Shown here piece by piece: positions 8,782 through 19,000 of a stretch of DNA of 25,812 nt. The notes under the pieces are model-generated. The model did not search any database. It was not told where the DNA came from and saw only the letters and a program-made list of their open reading frames with translations. The stretch's first letter is position 1. Every line of letters starts with the position of its first letter. The position numbers and the translations under genes were made by a program. Source of the DNA: an archaeon (GTDB lineage Archaea; Undinarchaeota; Undinarchaeia; Undinarchaeales; JBDRKL01); contig JBDRKL010000002.1 of the NCBI GenBank assembly GCA_043814055.1, positions 1-25,812 on the forward strand, in the 5' to 3' direction.

Positions 8782-8916
8782 ATGTGTGGTATCTCCGGCG
8801 CGACCTTTTTCCGTTCGCTTGCGCGAACGCAAAAAGCTCGACCAAAAAGTTCTGCCTTCGGCAGAAAATGTGCCGCTGCGCGGCACGAAGGAAGTTGGTG
8901 AAAATGTGCGGTATCT
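8782..8916 (+). repeat. Hairpin-rich element flanked by a 13-bp imperfect direct repeat of the glmS start; contains a 39-codon uORF (8782-8901)
   Basis: ATGTGTGGTATCT (8782-8794) vs ATGTGCGGTATCT (8904-8916). Inverted repeats at 8801-8840, 8850-8866 and 8870-8886. Confidence 0.65.
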
Positions 8917-10688
8917 TTGGTGTAGTTTCAAAATCAGAAAAAGTCCTTGGCGATATGCTCTACGCGGGCGGTCAGCGCCTGTCCTACCGCGGGTATGACT
9001 CAGTCGGCTGTGCCACTATCTCAGGGGATAAAATTGACCTGCGCAAGGACGTTGGCACTGTTGATGAAGTTTCCAAACAGCTAAATTTCCCAGAGATGTC
9101 CGGCTCCCGCGGATTGATTCAGCTCCGCTGGGCGACTTTCGGCGCGCCTGCAAAGGAGAACGCTCAGCCGCATTTTGGCTGCGACGAAGATATGGTCGGC
9201 GCGCACAACGGCAACATAACCAACACGCTTCAGCTCCAGGCGAAATTCAAGAAGGAAGGGCACGAGATTCGCAGCACTAACGACGGCGAGCTCTGCGTCC
9301 ACGCGGTTGAACACTACTACGACCAGGGCAAGGACATGGTGGAAAGCCTCAGGCTCGCCTACAAAGACCTGCACGGCGACTACGCATTCATGGTACTCAA
9401 CACAAAAGAAAACGCGCTCTACGCGATAAAAAAGGGCTCCGGCTTGGTGGTCGGCTTGAACGGAACAGAAGCATATTGCTCCTCTGATTTGCCTTCAATT
9501 CTCCCGCTCACTAACAAAATCGTTCGCATAAAAGACAACGAAATACTCAAGCTCACTCCGGAAACTCTTGAGATATACAGCGCAGAGAACGGGTTCAAGA
9601 TAGAACGCGAGCCTGAAATCTGCAAGGAGTCTATGGAAGCAGCGCAGAAGGGCGGCTACGAGCACTTTATGCTCAAGGAAATCCACGAGCAGCCAAACGC
9701 TGCGCGCGACCTGGTGGACCTGCTCAATGACTCCAAGTATGCAGGACCTTTCCTTGAAAAAATCCAGAGCGCGAAAAAAGTCTTCTTTGTTGGCTGTGGC
9801 ACAAGCCGCCACGCGTGCATGCTCGGCTCTTACTATTTCAACAAGCTCGCTGGCATTCAGGCAATACCTGTGCTTCCCCAACAGCTCACTGAGCAGTACG
9901 GCAACACGCTTGACGCGGACACTGCAATAGTTTTTGTGAGCCAGAGCGGGGAGACAAAAGATGTCCTGAATGCGCTGAAATTTGCAAAGGAAAAGAACTG
10001 CGCAATACTCGGCGTGCTAAACGTGCTCGGCTCAACCCTGATGCACGAGTCAGATATTTACCTGCCGCTTGCCTGCGGCTATGAGATTTCAGTCCCTGCG
10101 ACCAAGACGTTCCTGAACCAGGCTGTTCTGTTCCTCTACCTTGCGGCAAAAGCAGGGGACAAAGAGCTTCCTTTCAGCGAACTGCACGACTTAATCCAAA
10201 AGACAATTGACCAGACCAGCGGGCCCGCCAAAATAGCAGCAAAGGAGCTTGAGGGCTGGGCGGAATTGTATTACCTTGGCTATGGCATAACTCATCCAAT
10301 CGCGCACGAGGGAGCGCTCAAGCTCAAGGAAATCACTTACATGCACTGCGAGGGCATTTTCAGCTCAGAGTTCAAGCACGGCCCGCTCAGCGCAGTGGAG
10401 AAGGATTACCCTGTCGCGTTCCTCACTGCGCCTGACGACGCTGAGATGATGGTGAATCACATCAATGAGGTCGCGTGCAGGGACGGCAAGCCTATAATAA
10501 TCGCAGAAGAAAACGAAACTCTTGAGGCATACGCGCACACTTTTATAAAAATACCAAAGAGCGGACAGCTGTTCTTCCCATTGCTCGCAGTTGTCGCTGC
10601 TCAGCTGATTTCATATTACGCGAGCGTTTCGCGCGGATTAAACCCTGATTTTCCACGGAATCTCAGTAAAACTCTTACAGTTGATTAA
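8904..10688 (+). CDS. glmS: Glutamine--fructose-6-phosphate transaminase (isomerizing)
   Basis: The true start is MCGIFG at 8904, because the Ntn Cys must be N-terminal (the ORF-track start at 8769 is too far upstream). Motifs YRGYDS, RWAT, HNG, FMLKEIHEQP, SQSGETKD, EGALKLKE, KHGP and PRNLSKTLTVD. Confidence 0.96.
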   Translation: MCGIFGVVSKSEKVLGDMLYAGGQRLSYRGYDSVGCATISGDKIDLRKDVGTVDEVSKQLNFPEMSGSRGLIQLRWATFGAPAKENAQPHFGCDEDMVGAHNGNITNTLQLQAKFKKEGHEIRSTNDGELCVHAVEHYYDQGKDMVESLRLAYKDLHGDYAFMVLNTKENALYAIKKGSGLVVGLNGTEAYCSSDLPSILPLTNKIVRIKDNEILKLTPETLEIYSAENGFKIEREPEICKESMEAAQKGGYEHFMLKEIHEQPNAARDLVDLLNDSKYAGPFLEKIQSAKKVFFVGCGTSRHACMLGSYYFNKLAGIQAIPVLPQQLTEQYGNTLDADTAIVFVSQSGETKDVLNALKFAKEKNCAILGVLNVLGSTLMHESDIYLPLACGYEISVPATKTFLNQAVLFLYLAAKAGDKELPFSELHDLIQKTIDQTSGPAKIAAKELEGWAELYYLGYGITHPIAHEGALKLKEITYMHCEGIFSSEFKHGPLSAVEKDYPVAFLTAPDDAEMMVNHINEVACRDGKPIIIAEENETLEAYAHTFIKIPKSGQLFFPLLAVVAAQLISYYASVSRGLNPDFPRNLSKTLTVD

Positions 10689-10719
10689 ATCTTATATAGT
10701 TCTGCGTATAAGATAGATT

Positions 10720-11202
10720 ATGACAATTGTTACAGGCGCAATAACCGCTGAGCCGGGCTTTAACGAAACTTTCAACACGACCTCTGCAACCACGCTCGGC
10801 CCGAAACTGCTCGGGCTCTACTGGTATTATTGGGTGATAATCGCGTTCATCGCCTGCGCCGTAATTGTTTACGTGTTCATGCACTTCCGCTCCCAGAAGA
10901 CGCCAAAGTCAAAGGCGGGCAAGGAAACCATAAACCGCAAAGTGCTTGAACAGATCCGCGCTGGGAGAACGCTTGTTGAAATCCGGAAACTGCTCATTGA
11001 CGCAGGGCACGACCGCGGGATGGTCAATGATGTTGTCGGCACAATGGAGATTTACAATTTCATACTCACGCACCTCAAGAAAGGCCACAGCCCCACAGTG
11101 ATTCAGAATCACCTTGTGCGGCACGGATGGGACCACGAAAAGATTTCAAAACTGATGCACAGGGCGAGTGAGAGAGTAAAAGTTTCAAAGAAGACGCTTT
11201 AA
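10720..11202 (+). CDS. Single-pass membrane protein with two short cytoplasmic helical repeats
   Basis: TM segment YWYYWVIIAFIACAVIVYVFM followed by a basic stretch. Repeats AGRTLVEIRKLLIDAGHD and KGHSPTVIQNHLVRHGWD. TATA box CTTATATA at 10691-10698. Confidence 0.75.
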   Translation: MTIVTGAITAEPGFNETFNTTSATTLGPKLLGLYWYYWVIIAFIACAVIVYVFMHFRSQKTPKSKAGKETINRKVLEQIRAGRTLVEIRKLLIDAGHDRGMVNDVVGTMEIYNFILTHLKKGHSPTVIQNHLVRHGWDHEKISKLMHRASERVKVSKKTL

Positions 11203-11242
11203 CACAACCTATAAATACCTCAAAAGCAAGTAATACAGCTCT

Positions 11243-11407
11243 ATGGCTAGATTCCCTGAAGCAGATGCAAGGTTGTTCAACGACATGTACATCTGCATGA
11301 AATGCAACGCGCGCAACAGGATAGACAAGCGCAGGATTAGGCTGGGCAAGGGCAGTTGCAGGACTTGCGGTTCTGATGCTCTCCGACCTAAGCGCAGGGA
11401 TCACTAA
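11243..11407 (+). CDS. rpl40e: 50S ribosomal protein L40e (not in ORF track)
   Basis: [54 protein letters not shown]: zinc-finger CxxC...CxxC and LRPK. TATA box TATAAATA at 11210-11217. Confidence 0.93.
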   Translation: MARFPEADARLFNDMYICMKCNARNRIDKRRIRLGKGSCRTCGSDALRPKRRDH

Positions 11408-11408
11408 G

Positions 11409-11460
11409 TTTTAATGTTCTTTTTATTTAGCTAATTTATTTAAGAATCATTTTTTTCGTT
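11409..11460 (+). terminator. Putative archaeal oligo-T terminator region after rpl40e
   Basis: Several T-tracts (tttt, ctttttattt, tttttttt) immediately follow the stop codon. Confidence 0.45.
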
Positions 11461-11493
11461 ACGTTTATAAGTATTGTATAATTATACACCTCT

Positions 11494-14400
11494 ATGGCCC
11501 TTAATCGGAAGTCTATCAGTTCTTTTTATTCCATCATATTCTTCTTGCTCGCTCTTCTCGCTCTTGTAACTGCTGTTTACTCAGCGGATGTGGAGTACTA
11601 CCGCGTTGACCTGCCCGGAGTTGACCTTGGAACTCCTGAGAGCTCGCCGGAGTCCGAGGTTGTGTGGGTGCCGGACCCTGAGCCTGAAAACAACACTACT
11701 GGGCTGAATGAGTCTGAAATAAATGAGTCAAATGATTCTGAAGTGCTGGCGCCTGAATCCAATGAGCTCAATGCAGAACTTGAATTGCCTCAAAACATTG
11801 TGCAGGACCTGCCCCCTCTCCCTGCTGGCGACCAGCCGGGGTGCATAAACATCACGGACCTTAACACATCTATAACAGTGGACACCACGCTCTGCGGCTA
11901 CACGTATTACATAAACGATTCTTTTGACACTGCTGAAGACAGCGATTCAGCGGTTATATGGCCTGGTGAGGGTGTAACAATAGACTGCGACGGCTCAACA
12001 TTTATTGGAAACGGCTCGGGGGATGTTATTAACCCTCCAGTTTACGTAAGCAACGTGAAGATAAAGAATTGCATATTTCAGAATTACAACAGGACTATCC
12101 TATTCCTCGGCGTTAACAACATCACGGTTGAGAACTGCACATTCATAAACGTAACGCAGGCGATAAAACTGACTAACACACCCAGTTTATACCATACTAT
12201 TGCTAACAACACGCTCATCAACGCAGGAAACATATCTGTATCTGGAAGCTATAGCTTGGTTGACTCAAATAACGTCACGGGCGGCGGCATTTACATCGGC
12301 TGTCCGAGTGGAACATGCACAGGCAGCAACATAACAAACAATATAGTTTCTGACTGGAGTATGTTTGGAGCATATGGTATTAAAATAGCCAGCCACACTT
12401 ATAGCAGAGTATCAAACAACACGATTTCAAACATTTCAGGCGGCTTCTCTGGTGGTGTATATACCAATAGTGTTACCTACCTTACAATTGAGAACAACAC
12501 TCTGATAAACGGTGGCTACGGTGGTATATATCTCTACGAAGGCAACAACGACCACAACAACATAACCCTCAATAACGTTACAAATTCCTCGGTCATTGGC
12601 ATCTTCATAAACGGCCAGTATAATCTCATAACCAATAACACTGTGCGGGACGCCGGCTCCTATGGAATTTCATTTGACACATCAGACACCAATGACTACA
12701 ATGATGTTTACTACAACTTAATTTACGGGGACACAAGCAATGTAAATTACAAGCATATGTATTCCTACGCGGCTGAGCACAACAATTTTAACACCACAAG
12801 TGGCGCGACTCCGCATGGTAACTTTTACAGCGACATAACAGGTTTGTCTATTTTTGACATTGACCAAGATGGCTACGGTGAAACTGGCTCACAGTACCCT
12901 TACAACAACACGAACGGCGGCTGGGTATACGGCTACGTGAACGACTGGGGGCCAATGGGTGCAGTTGACACGCCGTATCTTGTAACCACAACTATTCAGG
13001 GGGCCAATACATCAATCCGTGATACCAATGTCAACATGACTTACACCGTGCTTGTGCGCAACGCTGGCTATGCAAACAACACTTTCAATCTCAGCGCTGT
13101 GAACTACAACAGTTCATTGTGGGCTGATGTGAACCAGAGTAATATGAGTTTGAATTCTGGCTACAGCGCGAACATAACGCTGACCGTTGGAAGCAATGTG
13201 ACAGGAGATTACTACGTTGATTTCCTGGCTGTTATGGCAAATAACTCATCCATGAACAGCTCAGTACTTACATACACGAACGTTTCTGCAAACGTGCTCT
13301 ACTGCGGTGACGCTGTAACAAAGAATGTAACACTTTCTGAGTTCTATTACAATCTCACTGATTGCAGTGGTCACGGGCTTAATGTCACCGTGAGCAACGC
13401 GATTATTGACTGCTCTGGAGTAACTCTAACTGGCGACTACGGGAGCTCAGATTATGGGATAGTTATGGATGGTCAGACCAACGTGACCATACGCAACTGC
13501 AGTCTTGATCAATTTGGGGTTGGTATACGAATCATAAACTCAAACTTCACGCTTGTGTACAATAATAGTTTCCCAACAACTACTAGCAATTTCATTTACA
13601 CTGCCATCTCCTTCACAGGCACGAACTACAACAACACAGTGTCAAATAATACTGTGCTTGCTTATGGTGAGGGTACTAGTATATCGCTTGGGGGTTTCAA
13701 CAACGGTACGGTTTCAAACAATTACGTACTTGGCAATAATGACCCTCTTGATAGCACTGTTGCTCTTATTGGTATGTCAGATTCTTCTTATACAACTATA
13801 GTGAACAACACGATGAACAACAGCTACCAGCGTGGTATTTCTGCAGGTTACCCATCCAACTTTAACACAATCGCAAATAACACGATATGGTCTTCTGGCA
13901 ATTATGGATTATATGTAAAGGGAACTAACAACACCCTTTCTGGCAACACAATCACAGATGGAGGTTCCTCTGGAATTAGCATTGACTCTAATGCACACGG
14001 GAACATTATTACAAATAACACTATAACTTCATCAAGCGGCAATGGGATCTATATTTTAAGCGCGGACAACTGCAGAGTCTACGACAATGTGATTTCGGGG
14101 GGGAGCTCCAGTGGAATCTATATCTCTAATGCGGAATCAAACCTAGTCTATGACAATTCGATTACTGGGAATGCGCGGGGTGTGTATATCGATATCAATT
14201 CTCCCTACAACAACGTTTACCAAAACAACATTACTGGAAATAGTATTGTCGGCGTTTTATTATACTATGGGGATTCAACCAATATATATGACAATAACAT
14301 TTCTTCCAATTCCCAAGGGATTGAAATTGGTTGGGATGCCAACTCCAACAATATTACCCGCAACACAATTTACAATAATACAGTCCACGGCGGCATAAAC

Positions 14401-15849
14401 ATTTCGAGTACCAATTCTTACGACAACATCATATACCAAAATAACATCTGGGGCAATCTTGAGGGCGGCTCACCGTTGAATGCCAGGTCAGTCAACGAAT
14501 CAAATTACTTCAACAACTCGATTGGCGGAAACTACTGGGGTAACTTTGACTCTTCAGAGGAAGGGTGCAACAACACGGACTTTAATGCCTTCTGCGACGC
14601 TGAATACGTGATTGACGATGGCAGCGCGACTTGCTACGACTACGCACCCTATGCATCAATGGATGCTTGGAGTGACGTGACTGCACCGCAGATAACAATC
14701 ACCAGCCCGACAAACCAGAGCCAGCTGGAGTATACTACGACATGGATCCTAATCAACATAAGCACGGACGAGGTAGCAAGGTGCAAGTACAACGACTCAA
14801 ACTCTTCTTTCAATTTTACCACACAGGGAACGAACTTCACGAACACTGAGTCAACAGAGCATACTTTCAATTACACAGGGCTCACCGAGAGCACCAGCTA
14901 CACAATATACTACAAGTGCCAGGACGCTTTGGGCAACGTGAACTCTGCGTCTGCTGTCCACTCCCTCGCTGTGAACATGGGGCCTATAACAGACTTCAAC
15001 GCCACCCTAAGCCCTGTGGACAACTCCTCTATAAACCTCTCATGGAGCACTAAATCAAGCGCAGGCGGCTACTACCTTTGGTACAGCACCAATGTCTCTT
15101 GGCTATTAAACACATCCAACCTGAATACGAGCAACATCTGGCTCAACCTATCGGGGTCATCAAACACATCCTACATAGACACGAACGCGTCGCAAAACTC
15201 GTCGCGCTACTACCGCGTCGCTGCCTACCAGCTAAATCTCTGTAACTTCTCTGCGGAAACTGTTGGCAAGTTCAACTTTACCATAGTTGCTGCGAATTTG
15301 TCTGATGTTAAAATGAATTTGATTTCAATGCCTTTGCAAATTCAGGATGATAATATCACCAGTTTAATTTTAAGTGCTCCCTCTGCCGGAACAACCATTG
15401 CGTATTACATGGCGAACGAGACCTCGCCGCAGTATGGGGTTTATTTCTATCACAACAGCACGTGGAAGGGCACGATGAATCAGTTGAATAATCTCAAGGG
15501 CTTTGTGGTTACGAACACGCAGGGCTTCAATTTCACCGTGGTTGGCACGGTTCCTACTGGCGAGCAGAACGTGACGATTTACGCGACTAATTCAACTCCT
15601 GGTCAGGCGCAGGTCAACACAATTGGCTGGTACTCGGCAGTGAGGGAGTGCGGCCTGAACGCGACGCTCAACGAGACTGGGATGAGCTCGGGAGATACAT
15701 TGTCTTGGTACAACACGACGAGCAAGGACTTTGAGACAATAACCCGCGATGGCGCAGGGTGGACTGGTGACTTCGCCTGCCTTGAGCCTGGCAAGGGCTA
15801 CTTCGTGACCGCCAGCAATACTTACAACTTGTCTTATATCAGCACGTAA
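11494..15849 (+). CDS. Large secreted surface glycoprotein 1: two right-handed beta-helix (NosD/PbH1-like) regions, Ig-like domains, shared C-terminal module
   Basis: Signal peptide ending AVYS-A, acidic Pro/Glu linker, and many xNNTIxxxxxxGIy repeats. Cap motifs HGNFYSD...DIDQDGYGE and GGNYWGN, Ig-like DVTAPQITITSP...CQDALGN, FN3-like INLSW...YYRVAAY. Abundant N-x-S/T. Confidence 0.85.
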   Translation: MALNRKSISSFYSIIFFLLALLALVTAVYSADVEYYRVDLPGVDLGTPESSPESEVVWVPDPEPENNTTGLNESEINESNDSEVLAPESNELNAELELPQNIVQDLPPLPAGDQPGCINITDLNTSITVDTTLCGYTYYINDSFDTAEDSDSAVIWPGEGVTIDCDGSTFIGNGSGDVINPPVYVSNVKIKNCIFQNYNRTILFLGVNNITVENCTFINVTQAIKLTNTPSLYHTIANNTLINAGNISVSGSYSLVDSNNVTGGGIYIGCPSGTCTGSNITNNIVSDWSMFGAYGIKIASHTYSRVSNNTISNISGGFSGGVYTNSVTYLTIENNTLINGGYGGIYLYEGNNDHNNITLNNVTNSSVIGIFINGQYNLITNNTVRDAGSYGISFDTSDTNDYNDVYYNLIYGDTSNVNYKHMYSYAAEHNNFNTTSGATPHGNFYSDITGLSIFDIDQDGYGETGSQYPYNNTNGGWVYGYVNDWGPMGAVDTPYLVTTTIQGANTSIRDTNVNMTYTVLVRNAGYANNTFNLSAVNYNSSLWADVNQSNMSLNSGYSANITLTVGSNVTGDYYVDFLAVMANNSSMNSSVLTYTNVSANVLYCGDAVTKNVTLSEFYYNLTDCSGHGLNVTVSNAIIDCSGVTLTGDYGSSDYGIVMDGQTNVTIRNCSLDQFGVGIRIINSNFTLVYNNSFPTTTSNFIYTAISFTGTNYNNTVSNNTVLAYGEGTSISLGGFNNGTVSNNYVLGNNDPLDSTVALIGMSDSSYTTIVNNTMNNSYQRGISAGYPSNFNTIANNTIWSSGNYGLYVKGTNNTLSGNTITDGGSSGISIDSNAHGNIITNNTITSSSGNGIYILSADNCRVYDNVISGGSSSGIYISNAESNLVYDNSITGNARGVYIDINSPYNNVYQNNITGNSIVGVLLYYGDSTNIYDNNISSNSQGIEIGWDANSNNITRNTIYNNTVHGGINISSTNSYDNIIYQNNIWGNLEGGSPLNARSVNESNYFNNSIGGNYWGNFDSSEEGCNNTDFNAFCDAEYVIDDGSATCYDYAPYASMDAWSDVTAPQITITSPTNQSQLEYTTTWILINISTDEVARCKYNDSNSSFNFTTQGTNFTNTESTEHTFNYTGLTESTSYTIYYKCQDALGNVNSASAVHSLAVNMGPITDFNATLSPVDNSSINLSWSTKSSAGGYYLWYSTNVSWLLNTSNLNTSNIWLNLSGSSNTSYIDTNASQNSSRYYRVAAYQLNLCNFSAETVGKFNFTIVAANLSDVKMNLISMPLQIQDDNITSLILSAPSAGTTIAYYMANETSPQYGVYFYHNSTWKGTMNQLNNLKGFVVTNTQGFNFTVVGTVPTGEQNVTIYATNSTPGQAQVNTIGWYSAVRECGLNATLNETGMSSGDTLSWYNTTSKDFETITRDGAGWTGDFACLEPGKGYFVTASNTYNLSYIST
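15262..15408 (+). repeat. 147-bp block repeated at 25666-25812
   Basis: Hand alignment gives 139/147 identical nt. All 8 differences are synonymous, so 49/49 aa are identical. Confidence 0.9.
15511..15792 (+). repeat. 282-bp block repeated at 18774-19055
   Basis: Collinear, ungapped, high-identity copies encoding TNTQGFNFTVVGTVPTG...GDFACLEPG in genes 1 and 2. Confidence 0.9.
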
Positions 15850-16016
15850 ACTTGCAGAGGTTTTCATAGTGCTGCAGCTCCATTTATTTCATGCAGCACC
15901 GTGTTTTTCGTCAACGTTTTTGGATAAGGGCAAGCACTTAACCAGAGCAAAGAAAAAGGTTGAGCTGCAACAGCTCGTAAGAAAGTTTTTTATACGCCAC
16001 CCTCCTAATGTCACTT

Positions 16017-19000
16017 ATGGGGAGATGGCAAATTTGCCTGTTGCTAGGAATTGTGTTCTTATTTCTTTGTAGCAGCGCCTATGCCCTTAAAAACCCTGCA
16101 GCTGTCTATTGCAATGAGCTGGGCTACACTTATGAGGTTGCCAGTGGGGAGAATGGCGAGCACGGCTTTTGCGCAGTTTCCGATGATGTAAAATTCGAGG
16201 CGTGGGATTTTATCCAGGGAAAAGTCGGCGGCGATTACTCCTATTGCTCAAAGCTGGGCTACGCAACCGAGTATGAGCTGGTTGAAAACGAAACCTATTC
16301 AATGGGACAGGCGGTATGCGTTGAAAAAATGGGGTTTGGCAGCAACGAGGTTTCCGAGGCTGCGGAGTTCCGGGTGCCAATGCTCGACCTGATGGAGCAG
16401 AACAATCTCAGCGTGTTGGTCGAAGACATGGGCAAAGCCTCGCATCAGGAAAGCGCTGCCATGATACCTGCAGAGCTTTTCGGTCTGAAGGAAATGGCAA
16501 AAACGGGCATTCCAGCCGGGTTTGACTGGCGCAACAAGAGCGGGCATTCTTACATAGGGCCCATAAAAGACCAGGGGTCTTGCGGGAGCTGCTACGCTTT
16601 TTCCTCAGCTGCTTCGGCCGAGGGAGTGTACAATTGGGCAAATGGCCTGTACGACGGGAGCGCCTCAAACTTTTCAGAGTCTTTCATAATCTGGTGCCTG
16701 GCGAGGATTCCTGCGTATAGCGCCCATTTCTATGGCTGCGACGGCGCAGACTATGACTACATGGAGCTACAAGCGCTCGTTACGAACGGCACGACCAACA
16801 ACTCCAACTTTCCCTACACAGAGTCTGACCCTGGCTCGTGCACCCACTGGGGCGATTCGGTTGTGAAGTTCAACACCTGGGGCAGGATACCCTGTAGCGA
16901 CGTGGATTCCATAAAAGCTGCGATAATGACCTACGGTGTGATAGACGCCGCAGTTTATGTTGACTCCAATTTCCAGGCATATACCGGCGGCATATACAAT
17001 GACTCCCTGACATCCTGCAGCTCCTCTCCGTGCTACTACACCTCAACCAACCACGCAATAGCGCTGGTCGGCTGGGGCTACAACGACACCTACGGCGACT
17101 ACTGGATACTGCGCAACAGCTGGGGTTCTGACTGGGGCGAGAGCGGTTACATGAGAATAGCGGCGAACGCTGCGAGGGTTGCGTGCGAGGCCACATACCT
17201 CTCATATGCCCCGCTTTGGAATTCCTCGGGGAATATCACAAGCACCGTGGCTGTGGTCAACCAAAACCAAGCCCTCAGCAGCAACATCCTCATCTCCAGC
17301 GGCGGAACCCTGGACATGACAAACTCAACCCTAAACCTGAACGGCAACACAATTTACATCCAGCCCGGCGGCACCCTCCTGCTCCAGAACTCAACGCTCA
17401 TCGCAAATAATATAGTGTCCAACGGCTCTGTTTTAATAGACCCAAGCACTGTGTGGCTCAACGGCAACTGGACTATAAGCGCAGGGCAGACCAACATCAC
17501 TGACGGGAGCACTGTGCGCGTGAACGTTTCAACAAACGGCACCTATGGCATCAGAGTCCAGAGCGGAGGCGCGCTCGTTGTGAATGATTCCAACATAACC
17601 AACGGGGACACAGGGGGTGCAAGGTATTTCTTCATAGCTGAAAGCGGCTCAAACTTCTCAATGGCTGACTCGCACGTAAGCTACGCGGGGTGGGCGGACA
17701 GCATTGGCTCGCGCGGCCTGGAGATTAACACTACTGCGGCAGAGTTCAGGAACAACACGCTGCGCAACGGTTATACAGGCGCTGCGTTCTACTCAAACGG
17801 CAGCACGATTGTCAACAACACTGTCTCAAGCAATGCATATGGTCTCTACGTAGAATCCAGCTTAAACAACTATACGAACAATACTGTGTTAAACAACACA
17901 ATTGGTTTCCAAATACTTGGCGGCTCAAGCAGCAACGTGCTGTCCTGGAATAACCTATCGGGCAATGCCATTGGAATAAACCTCTCCAGTTCCCCCAACA
18001 ATAGCATTTACAACAATTATTTCAACAACACGCAAAACGCCCTTGATGATAACACAAACTTCTGGAATGCCAGCAAGGCATCTGGCACAAGCATAATGGG
18101 AGGCTCTTACATCGGCGGAAACTACTGGAGCGATTATGCTGGCTTGGATTATACCGGCGATGGACTCGGCGACACTAGCACTCCGTACACTGCGTCCGGG
18201 AGTATCCAAAATGGCGGCGACTACCTGCCGCTTGCAGAGACCTCGAATTACCCGCAGGACCTGCAGGCGCTTCTGGCCCCTGACAATGAAAGCGTTAACC
18301 TCAGCTGGACTCCTGCCTACAATGCAGAGGGCTATTACATCTATTACAATACAAACGCCTCGCTGGTCCTAACCGAATCCAACCTGAATTCAAGCAATGT
18401 GTGGGTTAACCTGAGCGGCCAGTTGAACTCGTCATACTCTGACAGCAATGCCTCGCATAACTCCTCCCGCTACTATCGGGTTGCATCCTACAACGGCTCA
18501 AACCTGAACTTTTCAACGAATACCCTGGGTAAGTTCAACATTTCTGTGGTTGCTGCAAATCTCTCTGACGTAAAGATGAATCTGATTTCGCTTCCATCAA
18601 CTCTGTCAAATTACAGCATTTCCAATGTAATCCGCGCAACGCCGTCAGAAAACACGGTTGTTGCGTTCTATAATGCCAGTTCTTCACCGCCTGCTTATCA
18701 GACCGCTTTCTACTTTAACAATTCGTGGCGCGGGGATTTCACTGAGCTTCAGCCTCAGGTTGGTTTTGCGGTCACGAATACGCAGGGTTTCAATTTCACC
18801 GTGGTTGGCACGGTTCCTACTGGCCAGCAGAACGTGACGATTTACGCGACGAGCTCAACGCCTGGGCTGGCAGAGGTGAATACGATTGGCTGGTACTCAG
18901 CAGTGAGCGAGTGCGGCTTGAACGCGACGCTCAACGAGACCGAGATGAGCTCAGGCGATACAGTATCCTGGTACAACACGACAAGCAAGGATTTTGAAAC

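Noticed and set aside
8769-8903. 45-aa N-terminal extension of GlmS in the ORF track
   Set aside because: Ntn amidotransferases need Cys at the mature N-terminus. The TTG at 8769 is too close to the TATA box, and MCGIFG at 8904 has an SD-like site.
8782-8903. Canonical bacterial glmS ribozyme
   Set aside because: I could not recognise its conserved core or pseudoknot by eye; only simple hairpins are visible. An Infernal search is needed to exclude it formally.
11075-11404. 109-aa minus-strand ORF
   Set aside because: It is antisense to rpl40e and to the end of the membrane-protein gene.
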